Assembly (NCBI GenBank): GCA_002309475.1
Contig: DBXJ01000022.1
Location: forward strand, 1 to 54,000
DNA: 54,000 bases
Direction of reading: 5' to 3'
From: Bacteroidales bacterium UBA1215
GTDB taxonomy: Bacteria; Bacteroidota; Bacteroidia; Bacteroidales; WCHB1-69
In this document: piece by piece, positions 9,152 to 19,884 of the stretch
Layout of the letters: each line of letters starts with the position of its first letter
How positions within the stretch are numbered: position 1 is the first letter of the stretch
Made by a program: the position numbers and the translations under genes
Notes under the pieces: model-generated
Database searches by the model: none
What the model saw: only the letters and a program-made list of their open reading frames with translations
What the model was told of the DNA's origin: nothing

Positions 9152-11161
9152 CTATTTTAAAATTGTGTAGATAGTGTTTTTATCCACCCAAATGGAATTA
9201 TTTTTGTGAAGTTGTTCTATCCATTGTTGTTCCAAAACATTTTGATATTCAGAAATAATACTGCCTTTTACTTCTTTCAAAGGTTTGGGACTCGGTTGGA
9301 GTATGCCGGTAATTTTTACTAACACATTTTCGTTTTTATCGGCATAAATTTTATTAATGCCGGCAGTGTTCCAGTCGCAAATTTTGTCAAAATCTTTGTT
9401 TTGACCTTTCCAATATACCACTTCATCGGCAACAACAGTCACGCTTTTCTTGTTCAGTTTGGCGTTGATGATGTCCAAATTGTTGGTCTTGTTAAGAAGT
9501 TTTTCTGCTTTCTTTGCGGTGGCAGCATCTACACATTTTACTTGAACAGCTTGAATACGAGTAGGATATTTATATTTGTCTTTTATCGTTTCGTAGAAGT
9601 TTTGCAAGCCGACAGAATCTGTTTCTGCTTTTCTCCAAACTTTTTGATCGTTTAATTCATAAATCAAAATACCTTCTTTGTATTCTTCCATCAAAGCGGC
9701 AAATTCAGGGTATTTGGTTTCCAATTTAGAATTTTCTAAATCGGTAGCAATGGTTTCTATATAACGTTTGTAGGCAAAATTGACAATGTTCACCAGTTCG
9801 TCTTGTTTCAAATTGGTGAAAGGATGGAGTTCCAAATAGTTGGCAAAGTCTTGTTGTGTGTAGGTCTTGCCACCGATAGAGAACATCTTTTTGGTTAAAT
9901 GGGAAACCATTTCTGCACGGAATTTTCCAATAAAGATATTGCTGTCTAAAGCAGTGTAGAAATCTTCAACAGGACTTTTTTTTGTTTTCGGATTTACATA
10001 TTCCACAAAATTGTTTTCTTTTTTTACGCGTTCGGTAAAGGCTTCTTTGCTTTTATTGGAACGTGAATCACGCATAATCTTTGATTTTATGCTTGCTTTG
10101 GTATTGTTGTCAATCACTACAGGATGGGTTTCCAATAGTTTGATAATATGCCAACCATAGATTGTTTTCACAGGTTGTGAATATTCTCCCGCTTTTAGTG
10201 AATAGATAGGTTGTATAAAGTCTCCGTCAAAACGATTGCAGCCAAAGAGTGGCAGTTCCGCATTGGCAGCTTCACCCATATATTTAACTTTTACGGAGTC
10301 AAAGTTCATTCCGTTGAGCAAGTCTTGGTAGGCTTCCTTGATTGCTTTTTCTGCTTTTTTTGCATCCAAATCGCGTTCAGATTCAGTAAGATTGCGATTG
10401 TGGCTAAACGGCATCATAATTTGTGTAACACGACATTTTCCCAAAGCCGGTTTTTTGTCTTTTACATAGATAAGATGATAGCCGAATTCAGAACGAATCG
10501 GCATGGACAAAGTGCCGACAGGTGTTGAATAAGCTCCCGATTCAAAAGAATATACCAAGTCAAACACGGTAAAATAGCCCAAATCGCCATGGTTGCCATA
10601 TTGTATGAGTTCTCCGCCGGCCGATTTTTTGTCAGGGGCAGACGGGTCGTCGGAAGTTTCTTTTGCCACAGTGGCGAAGTCTTCACCATTGAGAATGCGT
10701 TTGCGAATTTTCATAATTTCGTTGTAAGCCGCCAAAGTATCTGCAGGTGCTGCATCTCGGTTTACTTGCTTTAATATGTGACAAGCCCTTATATCATATT
10801 TCATACGTTCGCAGGCTTCGTTGATAATTTTTTCGTCCACCTCTTTATCGGTTAGATATTGGCTTGCAGCTTGTTCTCTATAGCCGGCTAATTCATTCTG
10901 CAGACGAGTAATGGTGTCGAGTTGCAAAGCTAATGCTTCTGCATATTTCAATCTGAAATCAACATAGAGGTCTATATAATTATCCAAATCCGCTTTAGTA
11001 GTTGTTTGCAAATTGTTGTTTTTTGCAAAGGTATTTTTAAATTCCGACAATTTAATTTCTTCTTTGTTGATTTTGATGACAACAGGGTCGTTGTTTTGAG
11101 CTGTAGCCATTACAACAACCGATAGCAACAAAGCAAGAAGAACTAATTTTGAATATTTCAT
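9152..11161 (-). CDS. Periplasmic parvulin-type peptidyl-prolyl isomerase
   Basis: Signal peptide; ACHIL; FATVAKETSDDPSA; GDLGYF; RSEFGYHLI; KTIYGWHII. Confidence 0.9.
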   Translation of the reverse strand: MKYSKLVLLALLLSVVVMATAQNNDPVVIKINKEEIKLSEFKNTFAKNNNLQTTTKADLDNYIDLYVDFRLKYAEALALQLDTITRLQNELAGYREQAASQYLTDKEVDEKIINEACERMKYDIRACHILKQVNRDAAPADTLAAYNEIMKIRKRILNGEDFATVAKETSDDPSAPDKKSAGGELIQYGNHGDLGYFTVFDLVYSFESGAYSTPVGTLSMPIRSEFGYHLIYVKDKKPALGKCRVTQIMMPFSHNRNLTESERDLDAKKAEKAIKEAYQDLLNGMNFDSVKVKYMGEAANAELPLFGCNRFDGDFIQPIYSLKAGEYSQPVKTIYGWHIIKLLETHPVVIDNNTKASIKSKIMRDSRSNKSKEAFTERVKKENNFVEYVNPKTKKSPVEDFYTALDSNIFIGKFRAEMVSHLTKKMFSIGGKTYTQQDFANYLELHPFTNLKQDELVNIVNFAYKRYIETIATDLENSKLETKYPEFAALMEEYKEGILIYELNDQKVWRKAETDSVGLQNFYETIKDKYKYPTRIQAVQVKCVDAATAKKAEKLLNKTNNLDIINAKLNKKSVTVVADEVVYWKGQNKDFDKICDWNTAGINKIYADKNENVLVKITGILQPSPKPLKEVKGSIISEYQNVLEQQWIEQLHKNNSIWVDKNTIYTILK

Positions 11162-11198
11162 ATTTTCAATTTTTATTTTTTAATCATTGAGTAATTAC

Positions 11199-12692
<1,494 letters not shown>

Positions 12693-12730
12693 TTAAATAA
12701 TAGGTTTTTACACCTTTTTTGCTTAAACTG

Positions 12731-12738
12731 CAAAGATA
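12731..12738 (-). promoter_or_regulatory. -7 promoter element for the guaB operon
   Basis: TATCTTTG on the - strand. Confidence 0.65.
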
Positions 12739-12759
12739 TAATTTTTAATTGAATTTTAC

Positions 12760-14148
12760 TTATTTTTCTATTTTTAATTTTTGTCCGATATTAATTCTGT
12801 CACTTGACAGGTGGTTGCTCTTCTTGATTTTGTCAATGCTAGTGCCGTATTTTTTGGCAATTTGTGATAAAGTATCGCCACTTTTTACGGTATAAGTGAT
12901 TGTAGTAGAGTTGTTTGGTTTTTGATTGTTTTTGTTGGAAGAGTTTTTGCTTTCCTTTGAACCGACTATTAATTTTTGTCCGATATAAATTTTGTCGTTT
13001 TTCAAGTTGTTCCAAGTCATAATTTTGGAAACTGTTGTGCCATATTTTTGTGCTATTTTTCCTAATACATCACCAGATTTTACAGTATGGTAGACAGGAT
13101 TGACAACCAACTGGCTGGAAGCCACATGTGTTGCTGTCGGAGTGGCCGTAATGGTGTATATGCTGTCTTTTGTTGAGACGGTACTGTCAGTGAGGGTGCT
13201 GTCTGTTGCCGATAATGCTGTGTCGGGCTGATATTCCATATAGAGGCTGTCTTCCACTTGGCGGAATCGCTCCAATTTGTTTTTCGGCAGATAAATGGGG
13301 TAGGTACATGGCAACTGTTGGGAAACAATACACGGATTCAGTTTTGTAAATAATGAGCGGTCTATACAGAGCATATTCAAAAAATGTGCTTGAGAGCAAG
13401 ATTTTTGTAAAAAAACTGTGTCCATGGCTTCTACTTTTTGCACTTTGGGAATGATATGATGAAAATGATAATAGTTGGTCAAATAGGCATTGGTTATCAA
13501 ATCGGGAATGACATTTTTGTTAATCAAAGTGCCCACATGGTAGATGTCCCAAATATTAAAAGTATCTTTGTCAATTCTATTAATGGTATTGTTCAAATTT
13601 TGAATGGAATTGGCATAGGCAATGATGGCATGCCAGATATTTTCATCTTGGAAGTAGATGGCTTTCAATCTTTTTATGGCGATAAATGTTGCTTTGCCGA
13701 TGTCAAGTCTTTCGTCAATGGTGTCGTTGATGAGCAATTGTTCTTTTACCGCCCAGGCATAGGGCAATGCCCACACCCCTTTGCGTTGATATTTGTCTTG
13801 GTAGCCGTTGTTCATATTGCTGACAGCTAATGGAATATATCTAAATTCACTTGGCAGGTTGTTGGCTGTTAAGCAAGAATCTATCAAAACGGAATAGGTG
13901 AAAAATATTCCGAGTTTGGTAGCGGTTTCACTGCGTTGTTGGATTTGTTGATTGATATTTGCGGCTAAAATTTGATTGTAGGGCAAGTCAATGTTCAAAT
14001 TCAAACTTTGAATTTGTTTGCTGTAAAGGCTGTCAACAAAAGAATGTTCTTGGCAAAAAACTGATGGAGAAAGCACAAAAAGACACCATAGAATCAATAT
14101 TTTGATTATTCTATTTACATGTCTATATGTGTTGCCATTGTTTGTCAT
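12760..14148 (-). CDS. MltD-like protein: degenerate SLT domain plus two LysM domains
   Basis: LPSEFRYIPLAVS; DERLDIGKAT; LysM repeats HTVKSGDVLGKIAQKYG and YTVKSGDTLSQIAKKYG. Confidence 0.85.
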   Translation of the reverse strand: MTNNGNTYRHVNRIIKILILWCLFVLSPSVFCQEHSFVDSLYSKQIQSLNLNIDLPYNQILAANINQQIQQRSETATKLGIFFTYSVLIDSCLTANNLPSEFRYIPLAVSNMNNGYQDKYQRKGVWALPYAWAVKEQLLINDTIDERLDIGKATFIAIKRLKAIYFQDENIWHAIIAYANSIQNLNNTINRIDKDTFNIWDIYHVGTLINKNVIPDLITNAYLTNYYHFHHIIPKVQKVEAMDTVFLQKSCSQAHFLNMLCIDRSLFTKLNPCIVSQQLPCTYPIYLPKNKLERFRQVEDSLYMEYQPDTALSATDSTLTDSTVSTKDSIYTITATPTATHVASSQLVVNPVYHTVKSGDVLGKIAQKYGTTVSKIMTWNNLKNDKIYIGQKLIVGSKESKNSSNKNNQKPNNSTTITYTVKSGDTLSQIAKKYGTSIDKIKKSNHLSSDRINIGQKLKIEK

Positions 14149-15110
14149 CCCATCAATCCACGTCCTTGTTTGTTAATTTTGTTTTCTTCTTTTAATTCGC
14201 TGAGAATTTTGTCTAACAATCCATTGATAAAATTTCTGCTTTTGGGTGTGCTGTAATATTTAGAAATTTCAATGTATTCGTTCATGGTAACGCGAATGGG
14301 GATAGAAGGGAATTCGCAAAATTCGCAAATGGCCATTTTCAGCAAAATAGCATCCAAGAGTGCAATACGATCTATTTCCCAATTGCGTATGTTGTTGGCA
14401 ATAATGGAAGTATATTCTTTGTCGTGTTGCAAAGTGCGGTCAAACAAATCTATCACCAATTGCCTGTCTTCACAAGTGCCGTCTGCTTCTATTTTGAAGA
14501 TAGATGGCATTTTTTTGTCGTTACTTTGTTTTTCAGACCAATTTTTCAAAGTATGATAAACCAACAAAACTGCATCATTATAATCGTGTAGCCAATGCAG
14601 TTTTAAGTCGCCAAAATAGTTGTTCATCATTTCATTGCCCAAGAAAAACTTTTCTGTTACATTTAAAATAAATTGTTTATCTTCCGAAAAAGAATGTTCC
14701 GGTGATTGCATGTATTCTATAAATACTTCGTGATTGCTTAATTGGTTATAGACATCTTTTATAAACAACATATTGATGTCGTTGTACCAAGTGAGATTTC
14801 TTGCACGAAGCAATGCTTGTAAGTCGGTGTTTTGCTGAATTTTATTTATAAATTGATTGTCAACAAATTTCATATTTGGTTTGAGGTCGCTTTCACTGGG
14901 AAGATATTTTTGTTTTTTCTTCTCAATCACTTTTTCAGCATGGAAAGCAAGAGCATCAAATAGTGTGATGAGGGATAGATAGAGATCGTATAAATCGGAA
15001 AAATTAGTCAACAAATGCTTTTTTGCATGTTCCATGTTGTTGGCATTGGAAACATGGTAAGCATATATTGCCTGCATCACTTTTATCCGTATAAAACTTC
15101 TTCCTATCAT
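14145..15110 (-). CDS. nusB: Transcription antitermination factor NusB (Bacteroidetes long form)
   Basis: RIKVMQAIYA; NWEIDRIALLD; VTMNEYIEISKYYSTPKSRNFINGLLD. Confidence 0.93.
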   Translation of the reverse strand: MIGRSFIRIKVMQAIYAYHVSNANNMEHAKKHLLTNFSDLYDLYLSLITLFDALAFHAEKVIEKKKQKYLPSESDLKPNMKFVDNQFINKIQQNTDLQALLRARNLTWYNDINMLFIKDVYNQLSNHEVFIEYMQSPEHSFSEDKQFILNVTEKFFLGNEMMNNYFGDLKLHWLHDYNDAVLLVYHTLKNWSEKQSNDKKMPSIFKIEADGTCEDRQLVIDLFDRTLQHDKEYTSIIANNIRNWEIDRIALLDAILLKMAICEFCEFPSIPIRVTMNEYIEISKYYSTPKSRNFINGLLDKILSELKEENKINKQGRGLMG

Positions 15111-15127
15111 CTGCTTTTTTGAAACTG

Positions 15128-15225
15128 CAAAGGTACAACTTTTTTTTCAAATAAATCCACCTGTCAATGTATTACGAAAAAAATGCCTTTTAGGTTGTAT
15201 CATTTTATTTTTTTTTGTAATTTTG
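15128..15225. promoter_or_regulatory. Divergent promoter pair
   Basis: TACCTTTG on the - strand (15128-15135, nusB) and TAATTTTG on the + strand (15218-15225). Confidence 0.6.
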
Positions 15226-15252
15226 CATTTTAATAATCAAAATAATTTATAT

Positions 15253-15945
15253 ATGAGAAAACAAATATTACTTTGGGTGCTGGTAGCACTAATGGGATTT
15301 GCTAAAGCCCAATCGGTAGAAGTATATACAATGCCGAATTATCAGTTAGGAGATCTATTAACGTCAGGTGATACGATTAATGTATATTATGATACCTATG
15401 GACGTGAAATTGCAGAGTGGTTTACAGTGAAAAATGCTACTGAAGAAACTGTCAGTTTGGTAATGAAGCAAACTATTTTGGATTCAGCAGAAGGTGCTGT
15501 GATAAGTTTTTGTTTTGGAAATTGTTACGACCCCGGTACCACACAAAGTGCAGCCGTTAATTTGGTCAGTGGTGGAACAGAAGTTCTACAGGCTGAATAT
15601 AAATTGACAGCAGGTACGGCTCCTACTATGGTGAAATATGAAGTTTGCATGTCTAACGAGGTAGTGTTTGAAATGGTGATTGTATATCATGTCAATGTGG
15701 GCATAGCAGAGCAAGATGCCAATCAATGGTCGGTATATCCAACAATTGCTACAGATTTATTCCATATACAAGGTGATCATTCTTCAGCTGTAGTGGATTT
15801 GTTTGATGTATCCGGCAAATGTGTAAAAACAGCCCATATAGGACAACAGGCAACATTGGATATTGCAGATTTAAGCGAAGGAATTTATTTAGTAAGAATC
15901 ATTGCCGACAAGTGTATCTATGTCAGCAAGATAGTGAAAAAATAA
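15253..15945 (+). CDS. Small T9SS type A sorting-domain protein
   Basis: Signal peptide MRKQILLW...AKAQ; FCFGNCY; CTD WSVYPT...LFDVSGK...LSEGIYLVRI...KIVKK. The ORF-track start at 15223 lies inside the promoter motif. Confidence 0.85.
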   Translation: MRKQILLWVLVALMGFAKAQSVEVYTMPNYQLGDLLTSGDTINVYYDTYGREIAEWFTVKNATEETVSLVMKQTILDSAEGAVISFCFGNCYDPGTTQSAAVNLVSGGTEVLQAEYKLTAGTAPTMVKYEVCMSNEVVFEMVIVYHVNVGIAEQDANQWSVYPTIATDLFHIQGDHSSAVVDLFDVSGKCVKTAHIGQQATLDIADLSEGIYLVRIIADKCIYVSKIVKK

Positions 15946-15972
15946 TAGGACATTATTTTTATAATTTCATAG

Positions 15973-16013
15973 AGTTGTTAGATGTCATTGATGATATTCT
16001 AACAACTTTTTTT
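15973..16013 (+). terminator. Terminator between convergent genes
   Basis: AGTTGTTAGA...TCTAACAACT stem followed by a T run. Confidence 0.7.
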
Positions 16014-17235
16014 ATCTTTCGGCAAATATTTTTACAATATTTATAATGGTTTCAATGGATTTTTCCATGCTTTCCAATACTACATATTCAAATTTTCCAT
16101 GAAAATTGTGGCCTCCTGTGAATAAATTGGGGCAGGGAAGACCCTTGTAGGATAGTATGGCACCATCGGTGCCGCCACGAATCGGAACTATTATGGGTTC
16201 CACTCCGGCTTGCAGGGCGGCTTCTTTGGCAATGTCAACAATAAATTGTACCGGTGCAATCTTTTCTTTCATATTGTAATATTGGTCGCGTATTTGGCAG
16301 GCGATGCAGTTGTTGTATTTTTTGTTGAGTGTTGCTACTATTTGCAATAAGATATTTTTCTTGTTTTCAAACAATTGCTTGTCATGGTCACGAATAATAT
16401 ATTTCAATGTAGTGCTTTCTACACAGCCCGTCATGGATGTCAGCAGGAAAAATCCTTCATGACCGACTGTCAGTTCAGGTCTTTCACGTTCAGGAAGCAT
16501 GCTTTGCAATTCCATGGCTATCAATTGTGAGTTGACCATCACGCCTTTTGCTTCGCCCGGGTGCGTGTTTTTGCCATGAATGCTAATTTCGGCTTGTGCA
16601 GCATTGAAATTTTCGTATTCTATTTCTCCAATTTTTCCACCGTCTATGGTGTAGGCAAATTGTGCTTTGAAATCGTCAACATGGAAATTGTCAACGCCAC
16701 GACCTATTTCTTCATCGGGAGTGAAGGCAATACAAATGGTTCCGTGGTGAATTTCAGGGTGTTGCATCAAATATTCCATAGCACAGATAATTTCTGTAAC
16801 ACCGGCTTTGTCGTCAGCTCCCAACAGGGTGGTGCCGTCAGTACAGATGATGGTTTGTCCGATATAGTTTTTTAAATCTTTGAAAGTGGTAGTATCTAAT
16901 TCATTTTCTGCATTTAAAGGAATATTCTCTCCATTGTAATTTTCAATAATTTGCGGGTGTATGTCGGCTCCGGAAAAGTCGGGGGAGGTGTCCATGTGGG
17001 CAATAAAGCCGATGGAAGGTATATTTTTGTCGGTGTTGGCAGGCAATTGTGCCATGACAATGCCATAGGAATTGCAAACAACATTTTCCAAGCCGATAGT
17101 TTTTAACTCTTCTGCCAATAGGTTGGCAAAGTCCATCAAAGCGAGTGTGCTGGGATAGGTGTTGCTGTTTTCATCCGACTGTGTGTTGTAGCTAATGTAT
17201 TTTAAAAAGCGGGTTAGAATTTTTTCTTTCATCAT
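16012..17235 (-). CDS. pepT: Peptidase T (tripeptide aminopeptidase, M20B)
   Basis: FIAHMDTSPD; LLGADDKAG; FTPDEEIGRG; YENFNAA; PIRGGTDG; GGHNFHGKFE. Confidence 0.96.
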   Translation of the reverse strand: MMKEKILTRFLKYISYNTQSDENSNTYPSTLALMDFANLLAEELKTIGLENVVCNSYGIVMAQLPANTDKNIPSIGFIAHMDTSPDFSGADIHPQIIENYNGENIPLNAENELDTTTFKDLKNYIGQTIICTDGTTLLGADDKAGVTEIICAMEYLMQHPEIHHGTICIAFTPDEEIGRGVDNFHVDDFKAQFAYTIDGGKIGEIEYENFNAAQAEISIHGKNTHPGEAKGVMVNSQLIAMELQSMLPERERPELTVGHEGFFLLTSMTGCVESTTLKYIIRDHDKQLFENKKNILLQIVATLNKKYNNCIACQIRDQYYNMKEKIAPVQFIVDIAKEAALQAGVEPIIVPIRGGTDGAILSYKGLPCPNLFTGGHNFHGKFEYVVLESMEKSIETIINIVKIFAER

Positions 17236-17236
17236 A

Positions 17237-18323
17237 TTAGTCGTTTCCAAACATCATTAAATAAGATTTGATAAAGTCGTCCAAGTCTCCGTCAAGGACG
17301 GCTTGGGCATTGCCGGTTTCGTAGCCGGTGCGGTTGTCTTTTACCAATTTGTAAGGGTGTAGCACATAGTTGCGAATTTGCGAGCCCCATTCAATTTTCT
17401 TTTTATTGCCTTCCAATTCATCTTTTTTGGCATGTTTTTTTTGCAATTCTATTTCATACAATTGCGATTTCAACATTTGTATGGCTTTTTCTTTGTTTTG
17501 TAGTTGAGAACGTGTTTCTTGACATTCAATAACAATGCCGGAAGGCTGGTGGTGGAGTCGAACGGCGGTTTCCACCTTGTTGACATTTTGTCCGCCGGGA
17601 CCGCTGCTGCGGAAAGTATCCCAGACAATGTCGTTGGGATTGACAACAATATTGATATTTTCATCTACAACAGGATAGGCAAACACCGAGGCAAACGATG
17701 TCTGTCGTTTGTTGGCGGCATTGAAAGGCGATAGGCGTACCAAACGGTGAACACCGTTTTCTCCTTTGAGATTGCCATAGCCATAGGCACCTTCTAATTC
17801 TATGGTAACAGATTTAATTCCTGCCACATCTCCGTCTAATCGGTCTAATTCTTTGACTTTGTAGTTGTGGTTTTCAGCCCAGCGGGTGTACATTCTTAGC
17901 AACATTTCCGTCCAGTCTTGGCTGTCGGTGCCGCCTGCCCCTGAATTGATGGTAAGAATAACGCTTAAACGGTCTTCTTCGCCCGACATCATCCGTTTGA
18001 ATTCCATTTTTTCAATGGCAGTGGAGGCTTTCTGCAAGGTGGCTTCGGCTTCTTCTTCGGTGATTTCTCCGGCTTCGAGAAATTCATAGGCTAAAAGGAC
18101 TTCTTCCACACTTCCCGATACTTGGTCGTAAGAGGTGGTGATAGCCTTTAATTCACTGATTTTTTTTAACTTTTTTTCGGCTTCTTGCGGGTCGTTCCAA
18201 AAATCGTTGGAACGGCTTTCTTCTTCTTTTTCCGCCAAGATATGTTTCTTTTGGTCAATGTCAAAGACACCTCCTAATCTCGGCAAGCCGCTGTTGTAAG
18301 TCTTTTATATTGTTGATATTCAT
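17237..18323 (-). CDS. prfB: Peptide chain release factor 2 (programmed +1 frameshift)
   Basis: First frame from ATG 18323: [20 protein letters not shown], then CTT TGA C shift. Second frame carries SPF and GGQ motifs and [10 protein letters not shown]. Confidence 0.97.
18260..18275 (-). promoter_or_regulatory. prfB autoregulatory frameshift site
   Basis: AGGAGG-TGT-CTT-TGA-C: internal SD, 3-nt spacer, slippery Leu codon and stop. Confidence 0.95.
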
Positions 18324-18326
18324 CTA

Positions 18327-18824
18327 TTAATGTTTATATATTTTGTTCAAAACAGGTAGTATGTCGTCTAAACTGTATCCTTTTCCGACCAAAAAACGCA
18401 GCAATTTTTGTTTGCCTTGCAAAGGATTGTTTTCGTGGTGTGTTTTTCCCCATTTTTCTATCAGAATCTCCAATTTTTGTCGGCATTCGGTGGTGGATAT
18501 GTTTTTAACAGCCGATGCAATACATTTGTCGTTGATGCCTTTGGCTTTGAGTGTTTGCACAATTTTGTTTTTTCCCCACGATTTGATATGAAATTTGCCT
18601 TTGACAAAAGCCATGGCATAGCGTTGTTCGTTGATGAAATCTTCTGCCACTAAATCGTTGATAATTTTTTCAATAGCCTGACTGTCAATTCCATCAATTT
18701 TATATTGATATAGTTTTGTCCTCACTTCCGACCGGCAATGTTCACTTTGAGCACAATACCAACGAATTTTTGTCAGTGCTTGTTCCAAAGTGATGGTTTT
18801 TGTTTCGGTGAATGGAGAACGCAT
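18327..18824 (-). CDS. recX: Regulatory protein RecX
   Basis: YCAQSEHCRSEVRTKL; FINEQRYA; WGKNKI; KLLRFLVGKGY. Start moved to 18824 to avoid overlap. Confidence 0.9.
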   Translation of the reverse strand: MRSPFTETKTITLEQALTKIRWYCAQSEHCRSEVRTKLYQYKIDGIDSQAIEKIINDLVAEDFINEQRYAMAFVKGKFHIKSWGKNKIVQTLKAKGINDKCIASAVKNISTTECRQKLEILIEKWGKTHHENNPLQGKQKLLRFLVGKGYSLDDILPVLNKIYKH

Positions 18825-18826
18825 GA

Positions 18827-19306
18827 TTATTTTTCGTAGAATTCTTCCGGATTTAATGGAAAATAGTATTCGTTGACAGATTTTTCTTTGGAGAAAGTGA
18901 AATAGGTGACTTCGGCTTCTGTGCAAAGGTTTCCTTGTTCGTCCAATAATTGTGCTTCAATAAAGGCGAGTCCCATTTTTTTCTCTTTTACCCGTGCTTG
19001 CAAGATAATTTTTTCCTGATTGCTATTGACTTGTTTGTGATAGCGGATATTCATCCTTGCAGTAACTCCCGCACAAGCGGCTTGTACATACAATGCCCAG
19101 CCTGCCACTTCGTCCAATAGTGTTGCTTGCAAACCTCCGTGAACAGAGTTGGGGTAGCCTTCGTGCAGTTTGGTCGGATGCCATGTTGTTTTTATATAAC
19201 CGTCTTCTTCGTAGAATTTCAAGTTCATGCCGATAGGGTTGTTGGGTGAACAACCAAAGCATGTGTAGTCTTGTTTGGCGAAGATGTTTTTGATGTTTCT
19301 TTTCAT
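18827..19306 (-). CDS. PaaI family (hotdog-fold) thioesterase
   Basis: CFGCSPNNPIGM; HGGLQATLLDE. Confidence 0.9.
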   Translation of the reverse strand: MKRNIKNIFAKQDYTCFGCSPNNPIGMNLKFYEEDGYIKTTWHPTKLHEGYPNSVHGGLQATLLDEVAGWALYVQAACAGVTARMNIRYHKQVNSNQEKIILQARVKEKKMGLAFIEAQLLDEQGNLCTEAEVTYFTFSKEKSVNEYYFPLNPEEFYEK

Positions 19307-19309
19307 GTT

Positions 19310-19756
19310 TTATTGCAATAATGACTTGACAATGTCAGCTACCATTTTGTTGTCGGCTTTGCCGGCAAAGGCTTTGGATGCCAATCCCATCAATTTGCCC
19401 ATTTCTTTTATGCCGGAGATACCGTTGGCGGCTATCAGTTCCTGCAATTTTACTTTGATTTCGTCTGCTGACATTTGCTCCGGCAAATAGCGGGCAATGA
19501 CTTTTAATTGTGCCAATTCTTCGTTGCACAAATCTTCACGGCCTTGGCTTTTGTACATCTCGGCGGATTCTTTACGTTGTTTGACCAATTTTTGCAAAGT
19601 CTTTATTTCTATTTCCGGTGTGATGGCTTGAATGGAGTTGTCTGTCTTCAATAGCAAAATGGCAGACTTAACGGCTCTAAGTGCTTCCAACGTTTCTTTG
19701 TCTTTGGCAAGCATGGCTTGCTTGATATCTTGATTAATCGTTTCTTCTAAATTCAT
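19310..19756 (-). CDS. GatB/YqeY domain protein
   Basis: DIKQAMLAKD; KLVKQRKESA; YLPEQMS; KEMGKLMG. Confidence 0.93.
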   Translation of the reverse strand: MNLEETINQDIKQAMLAKDKETLEALRAVKSAILLLKTDNSIQAITPEIEIKTLQKLVKQRKESAEMYKSQGREDLCNEELAQLKVIARYLPEQMSADEIKVKLQELIAANGISGIKEMGKLMGLASKAFAGKADNKMVADIVKSLLQ

Positions 19757-19775
19757 AATTTTTTATTTTTTATAT

Positions 19776-19816
19776 TTTACAAATTGCAAAAATAACATTT
19801 TTTTCCCAAATGGCAG
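19776..19816. repeat. 41-bp direct repeat, left copy (contains the yqeY promoter motif TATTTTTGC on the - strand)
   Basis: TTTACAAATTGCAAAAATAACATTTTTTTCCCAAATGGCAG; 40/41 identical to 23599-23639. Confidence 0.9.
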
Positions 19817-19884
19817 TCTATTAATTGCCAATGATTAAATTTATAGGTTTTGCCGTTAATGTTAAAACTCTGTCGGGCAATGTT

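Noticed and set aside
17237-18323. prfB as a pseudogene or sequencing error
   Set aside because: Canonical programmed frameshift signal.
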